Shown here piece after piece: positions 9,668 to 20,996 of a stretch of DNA of 64,000 bases. Below the pieces are notes generated by a model. It ran no database searches. It was not told where the DNA came from and worked only from the letters and a program-made list of their open reading frames with translations. The first letter of the stretch is position 1, and every line of letters starts with the position of its first letter. The translations under genes were made by a program, and so were the position numbers. The DNA is from Spirochaetia bacterium (GTDB lineage Bacteria; Spirochaetota; Spirochaetia; DSM-16054; Sediminispirochaetaceae). Location: assembly GCA_034520965.1 (NCBI GenBank), contig JAXHMY010000008.1, forward strand, positions 205,005 through 269,004, written 5' to 3'.

Positions 9668-10900
9668 ATGAGCAAAACAGTTTTTACTAACCATGGATTA
9701 ACTATGCAGCGTATACAGAAAATAAGAAGAAAAACACGTCGAAATTCTTTGGTGGAGAAGGCTACACTTCTACGGCGGCAATCTGTTCGCAAGGGGAAGT
9801 TAAAAACGCTCATCCCTAAGCATAAGTGTAAGCCCAAAGCCAAAGCAACTAAAACAACCCGTATAACCCTCAAAATTCCTAAAATGAAGTTGCCGAAGTT
9901 GCCCAAGTGGTTGAAGCTAAAACTTCCAAAACAACTCAAAATAGATGAGCATAAGTTGTTTTTAACCGGTACAGGTGTATTAGTAGTAGGGCTTCTTGCC
10001 TTGGGGGCTCTGCAGCTGGACGGCAGTTTTTCCCAGGCGGAGGAGTTTCAGCTGAACTTACCTGAAAGCAGCGGTACTATAAGCGGTGAACTTCTTGCTT
10101 TTGCTTCTCCGGAATCTGAATCGCGTGGTTCTGGTGATATTACTTTTGGGGATCGTCCGATTGTGACTTCTGTAAGTACCAACTCTTATGTGGTGCAGCG
10201 AGGAGATACCCTGTCTGAGATAGCGGCGGAGAACAATCTGGATGTAGGGACGTTGATAAGTTTTAATAAAATCGATGATGTCCGGCGCTTGATTGCAGGC
10301 AGCGAAATTACTATTCCGGACATTGATGGGGTGCCTTATACGGTGCAGCGAGGTGATTCGCTGGAGAAGATTTCCAACCGCTATGAGGTTTCACTGGAAA
10401 ATTTATTAGATGCCAATGATCTGCAGACGGACCAAATTCAACCCGGTCAGAAGCTGTTTATTCCGGGTGCGGCGATAAGTGAATATGAGTATAAGAAGGC
10501 GATGGGTACTCTGTTTATTTATCCTACCTCCGGCCGGCTTACCTCCGGTTTCGGCTATCGATCCGATCCTTTTACCGGAGTGCGTCGCATGCACTACGGT
10601 GTCGATTTAGCCAACCGTACCGGTACCATTGTGAAAGCTACCATGGCCGGTCGGGTGGTAGCCGTGGGAAATCAGACACGGGGCTATGGAAAATATATAG
10701 TTGTTAAACATAACCATGGATATCAGAGTCTCTATGGACATCTGAGTACCATTGAGGTCAGTCAAAATCAGTACATCTCACAGGGGCAGCGACTTGGCCT
10801 GATGGGCAACAGCGGCCGCAGCACCGGCTCCCATCTGCACTTCTCGCTGTATAAAAATAATGTGCCGGTAAACCCTCTGGGTGGATACCTATATAAATAA
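9668..10900 (+). CDS. LysM-repeat M23 peptidoglycan DD-metalloendopeptidase (start uncertain)
   Basis: Two LysM (YVVQRGDTL, YTVQRGDSL); M23 HYGVD, YGHL, STGSHLHF; basic N-terminal extension and TM. Confidence 0.9.
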   Translation: MSKTVFTNHGLTMQRIQKIRRKTRRNSLVEKATLLRRQSVRKGKLKTLIPKHKCKPKAKATKTTRITLKIPKMKLPKLPKWLKLKLPKQLKIDEHKLFLTGTGVLVVGLLALGALQLDGSFSQAEEFQLNLPESSGTISGELLAFASPESESRGSGDITFGDRPIVTSVSTNSYVVQRGDTLSEIAAENNLDVGTLISFNKIDDVRRLIAGSEITIPDIDGVPYTVQRGDSLEKISNRYEVSLENLLDANDLQTDQIQPGQKLFIPGAAISEYEYKKAMGTLFIYPTSGRLTSGFGYRSDPFTGVRRMHYGVDLANRTGTIVKATMAGRVVAVGNQTRGYGKYIVVKHNHGYQSLYGHLSTIEVSQNQYISQGQRLGLMGNSGRSTGSHLHFSLYKNNVPVNPLGGYLYK

Positions 10901-10928
10901 GCCGGGCAAAGAAGCCCGGCTCTATTTT
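10900..10928. terminator. Probable bidirectional terminator between convergent M23 gene and secA
   Basis: AGCCGGGC-AAAGAA-GCCCGGCT stem with A/T-rich flanks. Confidence 0.65.
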
Positions 10929-10940
10929 ATTGTCCGTATT

Positions 10941-13670
10941 TTACTTTCCGTGGCAATGCTTGTATTTTTTTCCGCTTCCACAGGGGCAGGGCTCGTTACG
11001 GCCGACCTTCGGTACGGTTCGCTTTACCTGTGCCCCCTGGGGTTGAGACCCTCCCCCTGAAGGGGCTGCTGCCGGTACCCCTCCGGCGGCAAATTGACCC
11101 AACTGCTTATGACTGGCCGCTGCGGCAGCAACCGGCTGCCTTCTGCGGGCTTGCTCCGGCTGCTTGATTTCAACATTAATTATCATTCTAGCTATTTGGC
11201 TTCTGATGTTATAAATGAGGGTGTCGAATATATCGAAACCTTCCAGTTTGTATTCGAGTAACGGGTTTTTTTGTCCGTAGGTGCGCAGATAAACCGCTTC
11301 GCGCAGGGCTTCTAATTCATCCAGATGGTCCTGCCAGCGCTGGTCGATCTGCCGGAGGTAGTTGTACCGGATAAAGTCATTGAAGGGCTTTACTCCAACT
11401 GCATCTATCTTATCCTGAATCTCCCGGTCAATACGCGCTACAATCCTGTCTACTATATCCTCCTCCGAGTCCTTCAGCAGATCGATGTCGGAAAGATCCG
11501 GCTGATGGTACATTTTTGCCTGGAACTCCTGTTCCAGGTCGACTTTGGCGGAATCAAGGTCCCCTCTATTCTGGGTATAGTTGTACACTACCTCCTCGGT
11601 CAGCTGACGGATAGTGCCGACAACCCGCTCTTTCAGGTTTGAATCCTTTAGAATTTCGTCCCGCTGACCATAAATGAACTTTCTCTGCTCGTTGAGCACA
11701 TCGTCAAAATCAAGCAGATGCTTTCTTATTTCAAAGTTTCGTTCCTCAACACGGTTTTGGGCGCGCTCGATTGCCTTATTGATCAGCGAATGATAAATCG
11801 GCTCTCCGCTGTCCATCCCGATTCGCCCCATAAGGCTCTTCAGATTGTCCTTCGCAAACAGGCGCATCAAGTCGTCGTCCAGGGAGAGAAAAAAGCGGGA
11901 CTCCCCCGGGTCCCCCTGACGTCCGGAACGGCCGCGCAGCTGATTGTCGATTCGCCTGGATTCGTGCCGCTCCGTACCCAGAATGTAAAGACCGCCGAGC
12001 TGTTTGACTTCGTTGTAGTCTTTTACCCAGGACTGGTACTCTTTTTCATATGCTGCACGGAACTCCTCATGGGACGCTTCGGTGCCCGCTTTTCGGCGGG
12101 CCCGGAAATCGGGGTTTCCCCCCAGTTTTATATCGGTACCGCGTCCGGCCATATTGGTTGCAATGGTAACCGAGCCCTTGGCTCCAGCCTCTGCGATAAT
12201 GAGGGCCTCACGAGCATGGTTTTTGGCGTTGAGTACCTCGTGCTGAACTCCCTTTTTCTTGAGCAGTGATGAAAGATGTTCCGATTTTTCAATCGAAACC
12301 GTACCAACCAAGACCGGCTGTCCCTTCTGTTTCAGCCGTGCAATCTCATCACTAATCGATTCGTATTTGAACTTTTCATTGAGGTAGATAGCATCATCCT
12401 GGTCAAGACGTACCATCGGGCGATTGGTCGGAATCACTACCACTTCAAGGTTGTAGATTTTTCCAAACTCCCGCGCCTCAGTATCGGCGGTACCGGTCAT
12501 GCCGGAGATCTTATCGTACATTCGAAAGAAGTTCTGAAAGGTGATAGTGGCCAAGGTTTTATTACGTTTGGCTACTTTGATACCCTCTTTCGCCTCGATG
12601 GCCTGGTGCAGTCCTTCTGAGTAGCGCCGACCGGTGAGAATACGCCCGGTAAACTCATCGACGATTTCAACCTTGCCTTCCTGCACCACGTAATCTACAT
12701 CTTTCTGAAACATGCGATGGGCTTTTACCGCCTGGGTGAAATAGTGAATGTATTCAAAATTATTATCGGTAAACAGTGAATCCTGAATGACTTTATGCTT
12801 CAGCAGCAGCTGCTCAATGTGGTTCATACCTTCCTCGGTGAAGGTTACCCGTTTTCCCTTCTCATCCACCTTAAAATCACCCTCCGGCTCATCGGGGTAT
12901 TCACCGGTCTCAGGCTCTTTATCGCACTCTTTAAGAAAGGGAACCAGGCGGTTTACATCCATAAACTTTCGGGTATCGTCTTCAGCCTGACCGGAGATTA
13001 TCAGCGGAGTTCGAGCCTCATCGATGAGGATCGAGTCGATTTCATCAATGATACAGTAGTTGTGGTCCCTCTGCACCTTTTCCTCCGAGCTCCACCGCAT
13101 ATTGTCGCGCAGATAATCAAAACCGAACTCATTGTTGGTTCCGTAGGTGATATCTTGTTTGTAGGCACTAATCCGATTCTGATTGTCCATCTGGGGCAGT
13201 ACCGCCCCAACACTTAAGCCCAAATAGTTATAAACCGGTGCCATCCATTCGGCATCACGTTCGGCCAAATAGTCGTTTACGGTAACCACATGGACCCCTT
13301 TTCCGGGAACGGCATTTAGGTAGGCGGCGGTTACACTGGAGAGGGTTTTTCCTTCACCGGTTTTCATTTCCATGATTTTCCCGAAATGAAGGACAATTCC
13401 CCCTAACAGCTGTACATCGTAGTGTCGCTCGCCAAGTACGCGCCGGGCTGCCTCCCGGACCATTGCGAATGCTTCAGGAAGCATTTTGTCCAGGGCCTCA
13501 CCCTCCTGGTACCGTACGCGGAATTCCGCCGTTTTTTTTGGAAAATCATTCGGAGAGAGCTCCGCCGCCCAATTTTCCAGTTGATTGATTTGGTAAAGCA
13601 TTGGGAGCATAGTCTTTAGGTCCTTTTCATGCTGGGACCCCATAATTTTATTTGTAATCTTCTGTATCAT
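10941..13670 (-). CDS. secA: Preprotein translocase ATPase SecA
   Basis: [59 protein letters not shown]-terminal [17 protein letters not shown]; start placed at ATG 13670 after GCAGGA. Confidence 0.98.
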   Translation of the reverse strand: MIQKITNKIMGSQHEKDLKTMLPMLYQINQLENWAAELSPNDFPKKTAEFRVRYQEGEALDKMLPEAFAMVREAARRVLGERHYDVQLLGGIVLHFGKIMEMKTGEGKTLSSVTAAYLNAVPGKGVHVVTVNDYLAERDAEWMAPVYNYLGLSVGAVLPQMDNQNRISAYKQDITYGTNNEFGFDYLRDNMRWSSEEKVQRDHNYCIIDEIDSILIDEARTPLIISGQAEDDTRKFMDVNRLVPFLKECDKEPETGEYPDEPEGDFKVDEKGKRVTFTEEGMNHIEQLLLKHKVIQDSLFTDNNFEYIHYFTQAVKAHRMFQKDVDYVVQEGKVEIVDEFTGRILTGRRYSEGLHQAIEAKEGIKVAKRNKTLATITFQNFFRMYDKISGMTGTADTEAREFGKIYNLEVVVIPTNRPMVRLDQDDAIYLNEKFKYESISDEIARLKQKGQPVLVGTVSIEKSEHLSSLLKKKGVQHEVLNAKNHAREALIIAEAGAKGSVTIATNMAGRGTDIKLGGNPDFRARRKAGTEASHEEFRAAYEKEYQSWVKDYNEVKQLGGLYILGTERHESRRIDNQLRGRSGRQGDPGESRFFLSLDDDLMRLFAKDNLKSLMGRIGMDSGEPIYHSLINKAIERAQNRVEERNFEIRKHLLDFDDVLNEQRKFIYGQRDEILKDSNLKERVVGTIRQLTEEVVYNYTQNRGDLDSAKVDLEQEFQAKMYHQPDLSDIDLLKDSEEDIVDRIVARIDREIQDKIDAVGVKPFNDFIRYNYLRQIDQRWQDHLDELEALREAVYLRTYGQKNPLLEYKLEGFDIFDTLIYNIRSQIARMIINVEIKQPEQARRRQPVAAAAASHKQLGQFAAGGVPAAAPSGGGSQPQGAQVKRTVPKVGRNEPCPCGSGKKYKHCHGK

Positions 13671-13777
13671 ATAGAAAAATCCTGCCTTGCATAGAACATT
13701 AAGTTTTAACAGCATACTATTTTACACAATAAGAGGGTATGTTTCTACCGGTGAGTTCAACGAATGACTTCATCGAA

Positions 13778-13807
13778 TTGACATTACTGAATTGTGAAGA
13801 GTACTAT
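13778..13807 (+). promoter_or_regulatory. Sigma70-like promoter
   Basis: TTGACA (13778-83) N18 TACTAT (13802-07), 8 nt before ATG 13816. Confidence 0.55.
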
Positions 13808-13815
13808 GGGGTAAG

Positions 13816-15052
13816 ATGAAACGACTAATTATTCTACTAACGCTGTTACCGGTACTATTTTTGTTATCCTGTCAGGTAGATGAGCAAAGGACCCTTGAAC
13901 GGGAAAAGCTTTTTGAGCTTGAGATTGGTAAGATGGAAGACCAGCTTGATATGCTTCAGCTAAGAGGGATTCCCTTTAGACAGAAAAGCCGTATTCTCAT
14001 GCGGAATGGACTGTTTTTTATCTCAAACGGAAGTTCGCAGAAAGTAATGGAGTTTACCAGTTACGGTGATATAGTATCGCTCTATTACAATCCCGACCAG
14101 AATCCCGAACCCTTTCTGCTGAATGAAAACGCCCCTGATGACCAGCTCTCTAACAGACGGGCCTTCAAGTACCCATTTAAGGAGGTTGGCGAAATCGCAG
14201 TAACCTCCAACAAAACTCTGTTGGTAGAAGACCGTGTCTCTGAAATGCAGCAGGAATATGATAAAGAGATTCAGGCTATGTTGAACCGGGTGGTGCTTCG
14301 CTTCGATCAAAATGGACAAATGATTGATTATCTCGGAAGGGAGGGCAGCGGTGGAACCCCTTTTCCCTATATAGAATCGATCCAGGTAACTAATTCTGAT
14401 CAAATTGTAGTCATATCCCGCTCAATTCAGCACTGGTTCGTGTACTGGTTCAATTCCCAGGGTTCACTTTTATACGAAGCGACAATCTCCCGGAGTAATC
14501 TCCCGGTGCCCGAAGGGCAAGAGCTTTTGCCCTCACTTGGATCCGTTTCTGCCGACACTGATGAACACCTGTTGTATTTAAAGATAGATTACTATGGTGG
14601 TGAAAGTACAGACACAGGGACTAAGCGAAATATTTATTTTCAACATTCCCGAATTTGGTGGTACGATCTTGAGAGCGAGAAATATGCGGGTTCTGTGACC
14701 GTGCCTGTCAGGACAGATGAATATCGTATATCAGAGTTTGAAGAGTCAAAAAAGATACGAAGCCTTTATGAATTAATGAGGTAATAGTCGCGGCAATGTG
14801 TTTTTTTTGATGACCCATGATCATAACGAATTGTTTGAACTGCTGCTGCTGAGGCGTGACGGTACAGTTATTCAGCGCAACTATATTGAGATTCCAGAAG
14901 AATCGATTATGTACCGCGATTTCCACTTGAATCATGATGGCGTGCTATCAGCTATGCTGGTGCATGAATACAGTGCCGATGTAGTGTGGTGGCGAACCGA
15001 CCGGTTTTTGGAGGAGAAAAATGAAGATAGTTCAACCGCAGATAATGGCTGA
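13816..15052 (+). CDS. Conserved spirochaetal lipoprotein (LIC_12708-like); split by a probable 1-nt sequencing insertion near 14779
   Basis: Lipobox LLSC; GREGSGGTPFPYI motif; removing one A joins YELM to GNSRGNVFFLM and the WWRTD C-terminus. Confidence 0.65.
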
Positions 15053-16604
15053 GATAGACCGGCTATCTGAGGAAGAATACGGTATACCGGGGCTTCTGCT
15101 GATGGAGAATGCCGGGATCAAAGCCTTCCGCCAGTTCTCTGTTGAGTGGGAGTTGAATCGTCCTTCTCAGAGGCGAGGGGGCTGCTCACTGGTATTTCTT
15201 GCCGGAGGTGGTAACAACGGGGGAGATGCATTGGTAATGGCCCGTCAAGCCTTCCTTGAGGCGACAGATGAAGTTACTGTTGTCTGTCGTGATGCAAAAA
15301 AAATGAACGAAGCTGCAGCTATTCACCTTGATATTGTGACAAAACTCGGTATACCGGTGCTGTTTTGGGCGGAAGATGAAAGTGAAGCCCGTTTGAAGAT
15401 TCGCAGTGCAGATGTCCTGTTTGACGGTATTAGCGGTACCGGCATACGCGGGGCGCTGCGCGGAAGTGCTGCCGATATGGTAAAGGCTGTGAACGAAGAG
15501 AGCACCGGATATGTGGTGGCAGTCGATGTCCCCAGCGGCCTGGGCAGTGACTTCTTGGGAGAATATCCGGCTGTAAAAGCACATCTTACTCTGACTATGG
15601 GCTTAGCAAAAGTCCCTCTATATACTCCTGCCGGTCGGCCTTATGCGGGGACTATTCGTACTGTAAAGCTTGGTTTTCCTCCACAGCTATTACAAAACCC
15701 TCCTAAGCTTGAAGGTGAGGGGAGCGGAGAATTGCTGGAGGGTCTTGAAAGGCCTGCCTTCCAGGCACAGGATTACAAAAATGTTCGCGGACACGCAGCT
15801 ATATGGGCAGGCAGTGTTGGAACGAGTGGGGCGGCGGCCTTGGCGGCGGAAGGGGCAGGTCGGGCCGGGGCAGGGCTAGTAAGCTTGTTCACAGATCAGG
15901 AAATCTATCCCGTCCTGGCAGGCAAGCTTTCCGAAACAATGGTCAGTCCTCATAAGCCCATGCAGGCCGCTGATCTGAAAAGTTGCTATTCAGCCCTTTT
16001 AGCAGGCCCTGGATGGGGACAAGACTCCCGCAGTTCTATACTGCAGACATTATTGAAGAGCGAACTTCCCGGAGTAATAGATGCCGATGGTATCGGGATA
16101 CTCAGGGAAATCTGGAATGAGCACGGAAGCAGCAAAGTGCAGAACTTGTCGGCAGGGCGCTGGATTCTCACTCCCCATCCGGGTGAATTCCTTGCATTAG
16201 TCAAGGATAGTCCCTTTGAAATTGATAAACCGGGCCTTCTCTCTAATCCTCTGACTGCAGTTGTACCTGTAGCTCGAGAGCTCCAAATGGTGATAGTCCT
16301 AAAGAGTCATGTGGTCTGGATTGTATCTCCTGAAGGCAGGTTCGCTGTGGTAGACGGAATGAATCCGGCAATGGCAACCGGGGGATCGGGGGATGTCTTA
16401 GCCGGCATTATTACCGGCATTCTCGCTTCGGGAGTTTTTACCTTTGAGGCCGCCTGCAGAGGTGCTTTACTTCACCAGGCAGCCGGGCGTTTAGCTTATC
16501 GGACTAAGGGCTGGTTTTTAGCCGGAGATCTGGCACAGGCAGTCTCCCAAGTCTGGGTTGATCAAGCACGGGGAGACAAAGATGAATTCGCCGGACAGTT
16601 CTGA
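15021..16604 (+). CDS. nnr: Bifunctional NAD(P)H-hydrate epimerase/dehydratase (NnrE-NnrD)
   Basis: LMENAG, GNNGGD, VDVPSG, GPGWG, IDADG, LTPHPGEF, ATGGSGDVLAG. Confidence 0.95.
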   Translation: MKIVQPQIMAEIDRLSEEEYGIPGLLLMENAGIKAFRQFSVEWELNRPSQRRGGCSLVFLAGGGNNGGDALVMARQAFLEATDEVTVVCRDAKKMNEAAAIHLDIVTKLGIPVLFWAEDESEARLKIRSADVLFDGISGTGIRGALRGSAADMVKAVNEESTGYVVAVDVPSGLGSDFLGEYPAVKAHLTLTMGLAKVPLYTPAGRPYAGTIRTVKLGFPPQLLQNPPKLEGEGSGELLEGLERPAFQAQDYKNVRGHAAIWAGSVGTSGAAALAAEGAGRAGAGLVSLFTDQEIYPVLAGKLSETMVSPHKPMQAADLKSCYSALLAGPGWGQDSRSSILQTLLKSELPGVIDADGIGILREIWNEHGSSKVQNLSAGRWILTPHPGEFLALVKDSPFEIDKPGLLSNPLTAVVPVARELQMVIVLKSHVVWIVSPEGRFAVVDGMNPAMATGGSGDVLAGIITGILASGVFTFEAACRGALLHQAAGRLAYRTKGWFLAGDLAQAVSQVWVDQARGDKDEFAGQF

Positions 16605-17208
16605 ACCGCAGAATGGCTCATCTTCAGAATCCCAGTATTCCGCCAAGGAACTGGCTGATCAGTCAATATTCGAGCAACATGTAGCTTCAGGGGAAATAAA
16701 GTTCCATAGCCGCGGGAGCGCCCCGGAGCCTGAACTGCCTGGGGCGAGTAGGAAACCGCGGTTTGGTACCGTGTTCCGGAGTAATCCCGGCCTCCTGATT
16801 ATTCTTGTCGATATCCTGCTGGTGATATTGGTTCTAACCCTGGTATTCCCGTTTATACGGCCTGGAAGCAGTGTGGACAACTTTGGGGGATATTCTTTCT
16901 CTTTGCATGGGTATCTCAACGAAGGAGCGGTATATACAAGCTTGATGCTGCAGCCGAATCCATCCGAGATTGAAGCGGGAAGCTCAGCCAAAGGGGCGTT
17001 TCAGATAGAGTTTAGAATATTGGAGAGCGATACACGAATACAGACCGAACTCGTACCGTTTACGGAGGAGGAAACGCTTGACACGCGGATTCTACGGAAA
17101 AAAATTGAGTTGCCTCACGAACTGCAGGGTACCCCCGCAGTGCGGATTAGAACTACAATAAGCTTAGGTGAAGAAAGCGTGACTTTAGAAAAAAAGATGA
17201 GACAATAA
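16582..17208 (+). CDS. Hypothetical single-pass membrane protein
   Basis: GGGGAG SD before ATG 16582; one strong TM (LLIILVDILLVILVLTLVF). Confidence 0.6.
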   Translation: MNSPDSSEPQNGSSSESQYSAKELADQSIFEQHVASGEIKFHSRGSAPEPELPGASRKPRFGTVFRSNPGLLIILVDILLVILVLTLVFPFIRPGSSVDNFGGYSFSLHGYLNEGAVYTSLMLQPNPSEIEAGSSAKGAFQIEFRILESDTRIQTELVPFTEEETLDTRILRKKIELPHELQGTPAVRIRTTISLGEESVTLEKKMRQ

Positions 17209-17268
17209 AGCTTGACGATGCTATATTGATTGTATAATTTGATAATATCTTACAGGTAGGGGAGTCCC

Positions 17269-17682
17269 ATGGTACAATTTTATTTACTTGCAGTTATATT
17301 GAATATTTTAGGCGGTCTTATATTGGCAGCCCCTCTCTTACAGGAAAAAATTCCTATGTTAGAGAAAATTCACGAAGGGCTGCGGATTAACATTGCCTCG
17401 CGTATGGTCTTTATTCTACTATCCCTTGTGGTCGGCATATTTAAAATTTTAAGTGTGACCAAGGGTGATGTAGCCGTAGTGGGTGATCTTTTACCGGCGT
17501 TGAGTCTGTTGCTGATGGCCGGGGTGTTTTTCCTCGATTACTATAAAGAACAGTCGGAAATCGGCTCTTCTTTTATAGATAAACTGCAGCGGATTTTCGT
17601 GGACAATAAGAGCGCCATCGGAATTATTCTGGTAGTTATTGGACTGCTGCATTTTCTTTTTCCCCGAGTTCTGTTTCTCTAA
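17269..17682 (+). CDS. Hypothetical integral membrane protein (about 4 TM)
   Basis: GGGGAG SD; four hydrophobic segments; VVGDLLPA and LHFLFP motifs. Confidence 0.7.
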   Translation: MVQFYLLAVILNILGGLILAAPLLQEKIPMLEKIHEGLRINIASRMVFILLSLVVGIFKILSVTKGDVAVVGDLLPALSLLLMAGVFFLDYYKEQSEIGSSFIDKLQRIFVDNKSAIGIILVVIGLLHFLFPRVLFL

Positions 17683-17715
17683 CGATACAGATAATTTCAG
17701 GAAATTTTAGGATAA

Positions 17716-18153
17716 GTGGAGCACACATCAGTGAAGCAGCAATCCGGTCCTACAACACGAGTCTCGACTGCGGGTATTGCCCGCAGGAGGGATAAATTTT
17801 TAGTAGCCCTCCGAAAGCCTGGCACCAGTATCGGTGAATCGTGGGAGTTTCCGGGTGGAAAAAAAGAGGATTCAGAGACGCCACAACAGGCCCTGAAACG
17901 GGAGTTTTTTGAAGAGTTCTCTATAGATATTCTGGTTGGCGAAAAACTCTGCAGCGATCAGTTTGTGAATCGAGATCAGGTGTATGAACTTTCGGCGTAT
18001 TCAGTGCGTTTGATAAGCGATGCTTTTGTACTGAAGGAACATCAAGAAATCAGATGGGTTTCATTGGACGATCTGATGCATATGCCGATGGCGGATTCGG
18101 ATAAAAAAATTGTGCGCTGTCTCAGAAAATCTAATCAGATGATAGTCCCCTGA
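17716..18153 (+). CDS. NUDIX hydrolase (MutT-like)
   Basis: WEFPGGKKEDSETPQQALKREFFEE Nudix box. Confidence 0.9.
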   Translation: MEHTSVKQQSGPTTRVSTAGIARRRDKFLVALRKPGTSIGESWEFPGGKKEDSETPQQALKREFFEEFSIDILVGEKLCSDQFVNRDQVYELSAYSVRLISDAFVLKEHQEIRWVSLDDLMHMPMADSDKKIVRCLRKSNQMIVP

Positions 18154-19418
18154 GGGATTATCCCGTTTTTTGGTATTATGATGATTCCATCTACAATCCA
18201 GTAATTACCGTAATCGCCGTCTTGGCGATCTATATGATCAATACCTATGCGGCATCCGTCTCCAATTCTAACGTTTTTGTCGATTATGGCACGCTTGACT
18301 ATTGTTCCGCGTCCTATTCCTATATTGGGAATACCCTTAGCTTGGTTTTCCAGTTTTTTCTCGTGGGTTTCGTAGTAATTTGCACCCATACAATATACTC
18401 CGTCCAGATTGGCCCCAGACTCTATCAGGGTGCGCACGCCCACCACAGAATTTACAATTGATGCATTGGTAATGATACTTCCTTCGCCGGTGAGGGATTG
18501 ACTGATAGTACAGAAATTGACCTTTGTTGCCGGCAGATGCCGCCGATGCGTATAGATAGGCATCTGCTCATCGTAGAAGTTAAACGCCGGCGTAAGAGAA
18601 GCCAAATTAAGGTTTGTTTCGTAGAAGGCCTTGATGGTTCCAATATCCTCCCAGAAGCCGTTAAAAACGTAGGTATTCACATGCCGTTCGCTGATTGCGA
18701 TCGGAATAATCTCTTTTCCAAAATCGGTATAATTGTTATCTAAAACCTTCTCCATGGTGTCGGCATTGAAGATGTAAATACCCATCGAGGCCAAATACTC
18801 TTTTGAAGTGTCCGCCTGCATACCTTGAGAATAGAGGATGCTCTGGGGTACCTTCATCTCCTCTATATTGGCTTCGGGAGTCGGTTTTTCAATAAAAGAA
18901 ACCGCCCTGCGGTTCTTGTCGGCCTTCATTATTCCTAAACCGGTTGCCTCGCTGCGTGAAACCGGAGTAGCTGCTACGGTAATTTCAGCACCGCTCTCAA
19001 TATGCTGATTCAGCATGTCGGAAAAATCGGTACGGTATAGTTGGTCGCCGGCTAAAATCAGATAGTGAGTCGGATCCTGATCGCGAAAATGAGTAAAGTT
19101 TTTACGCACCGCATCGGCTGTTCCTTCGTACCAGCTTGAGTTTTCAAAGGTCTGCTCTGCTGCAAGGACTTCGACAAAACCATGGGTAAATACATCGAAA
19201 ATATAGGTGTTTGAAATATGGTTGTGCAGCGAAGCGCTGTTGAATTGGGTTAAAATATAGATCTGCTTAAAATTGGCGTTTATACAGTTAGATATGGGTA
19301 TGTCTACTAACCTGTACTTCCCGCCAAAGGGGACCGCCGGTTTTGCTCTTTCTTTTGTTAAGGGATAAAGCCGTGTGCCCTTCCCTCCGCCAAGCACGAT
19401 TGATAGTACCTTTTCCAA
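18135..19418 (-). CDS. glgC: Glucose-1-phosphate adenylyltransferase
   Basis: GGGKGTRLYPLTKERAKPAVPFGGKYRL, GTADAV, ASMGIY, DFGKEIIP, WEDIGT. Confidence 0.97.
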   Translation of the reverse strand: MEKVLSIVLGGGKGTRLYPLTKERAKPAVPFGGKYRLVDIPISNCINANFKQIYILTQFNSASLHNHISNTYIFDVFTHGFVEVLAAEQTFENSSWYEGTADAVRKNFTHFRDQDPTHYLILAGDQLYRTDFSDMLNQHIESGAEITVAATPVSRSEATGLGIMKADKNRRAVSFIEKPTPEANIEEMKVPQSILYSQGMQADTSKEYLASMGIYIFNADTMEKVLDNNYTDFGKEIIPIAISERHVNTYVFNGFWEDIGTIKAFYETNLNLASLTPAFNFYDEQMPIYTHRRHLPATKVNFCTISQSLTGEGSIITNASIVNSVVGVRTLIESGANLDGVYCMGANYYETHEKKLENQAKGIPNIGIGRGTIVKRAIIDKNVRIGDGCRIGIDHIDRQDGDYGNYWIVDGIIIIPKNGIIPQGTII

Positions 19419-19445
19419 TGTGTTTTTCCTCTCTTTCTATGATTA

Positions 19446-19474
19446 AGGTTAGTAGATCATCCATTGAAGGTCAA
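19446..19474 (-). promoter_or_regulatory. Sigma70-like promoter of glgC
   Basis: Minus strand TTGACC N17 TAACCT. Confidence 0.55.
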
Positions 19475-19544
19475 GGAAATAATACACTTGAATTGTTGCG
19501 TTGTAAATGTTGCACAAATGAATGAGGAAAGGTAGTATCTTAAT

Positions 19545-20996
19545 ATGGCTTCAAACAATATTTTACCGCCGGATTTAAACACTGCTTCATTGTATTTTGT
19601 GGGGATTAAGGGTACAGGAATGTCCGCCCTGGCTGAACTCATGTTGGGCCACGGTGCAAAGGTATCCGGCAGTGATACGGAGGAGCAGTTTTATACTGAT
19701 GCAATTCTAAAAGAACTTGAAATTCAATATGCTGAAGGTTTTCGGCCTGAGAACCTCCCTCCGGAAACGGATTTAGTAATTTATTCCGCCGCATACAATC
19801 CGGAGACACATTCGGAATTGCTCGCAGCCCGGGAACGTGGAATCCCGCTGGTGGAATACACACAGGCCCTCGGAGAGCTGTCGCGGGATCTGCATGCTAC
19901 CGGCATCGCCGGAGTTCACGGGAAGACAACCACCACCGCGATGGCCGGTACAATCGTGAAAGAACTATCTCTTCCGGCGGGGGTCCTAGTGGGGTCGGCG
20001 GTGAAAGCTTTTCAGAATCGGGCTACATACTTTGGAGGTGATCGCTATTTTATTGCCGAGACATGTGAATACCGACGCCATTTTCTTGCTTTTCATCCCA
20101 ACCAACTGGTTATCACTACAGTAGATGCCGATCATTTAGACTATTATCGTGATTACGCTGATATCGAATCGGCTTTCGTTGAATATGCATTAAAACTTCC
20201 CCAAGGGGGAAAGCTGATTTACTGTGCCGATGACCCGGGGGCTGCCGTATGTGCTGCCAAGGTAGGCCAGTTGCGTTCGGATCTGCAGCTGGTTCCTTAT
20301 GGTTTTGAGGCCTCCGGGGATTTTCAGATCGTAAACTACCGGAATAGCCCTGGACTGCATACATTTCAGCTTGCCGGATGGCCTGCGGAGTTTCATCTTA
20401 AGGTACCCGGAGTGCATTCTGTGGTGGACGGGGCTGCAGCAGCAGCGGCTGTGCACGGTGTCTTGCTGGATGCGAAGGGAAAAGTGACTGAGTCGGATAT
20501 CAAGGCAATTGCCCGGGGGTTGGAGAGCTTCAGCGGCAGTAAACGACGTTCTGAGATACTTGGGGAGCGGGGTGGTGTGTTGTTTGCCGATGATTACGGT
20601 CACCATCCTAAAGAAATAAAAACTACACTCCAGGGCTTTCGCGAATTTTACCCCGACCGGCGTCTAATTGTCGACTTTATGTCCCACACATATACTCGCA
20701 CCCAAGCCCTGTTGCCGGAATTTGCAGCAGCCTTTTCGGATGCGGATATCGTGGTGCTCCATAAAATTTATGCCTCCGCCAGAGAGAAGGTCGGGACCGT
20801 AGACGGACGGACCCTTTATGATGCGGTCAGGCAGCAGCATCCTCAGGTGAGGTACTATCACGAATTAGAAGATGCAGAAACCGATCTAAAAAACTTGCTG
20901 CAGCCGGGCGATCTGTTTATCACTATGGGTGCCGGCGATAACTGGCGGCTTGGACTTGCGCTGTACAATACCTTTGGGTTGGAGAAAAATATATGA
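19545..20996 (+). CDS. murC: UDP-N-acetylmuramate--L-alanine ligase
   Basis: GIKGTGMSALA, GVHGKTTTT, DHLDYY, DDYGHHPKEI, MGAGD. Confidence 0.96.
   Translation: MASNNILPPDLNTASLYFVGIKGTGMSALAELMLGHGAKVSGSDTEEQFYTDAILKELEIQYAEGFRPENLPPETDLVIYSAAYNPETHSELLAARERGIPLVEYTQALGELSRDLHATGIAGVHGKTTTTAMAGTIVKELSLPAGVLVGSAVKAFQNRATYFGGDRYFIAETCEYRRHFLAFHPNQLVITTVDADHLDYYRDYADIESAFVEYALKLPQGGKLIYCADDPGAAVCAAKVGQLRSDLQLVPYGFEASGDFQIVNYRNSPGLHTFQLAGWPAEFHLKVPGVHSVVDGAAAAAAVHGVLLDAKGKVTESDIKAIARGLESFSGSKRRSEILGERGGVLFADDYGHHPKEIKTTLQGFREFYPDRRLIVDFMSHTYTRTQALLPEFAAAFSDADIVVLHKIYASAREKVGTVDGRTLYDAVRQQHPQVRYYHELEDAETDLKNLLQPGDLFITMGAGDNWRLGLALYNTFGLEKNI

Noticed and set aside
10895..10928. Further family A copy
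   Set aside because: Only loose AAATAAGCCG...CGGCTCTATTTT similarity, different loop and no second hairpin; adequately explained as a terminator.
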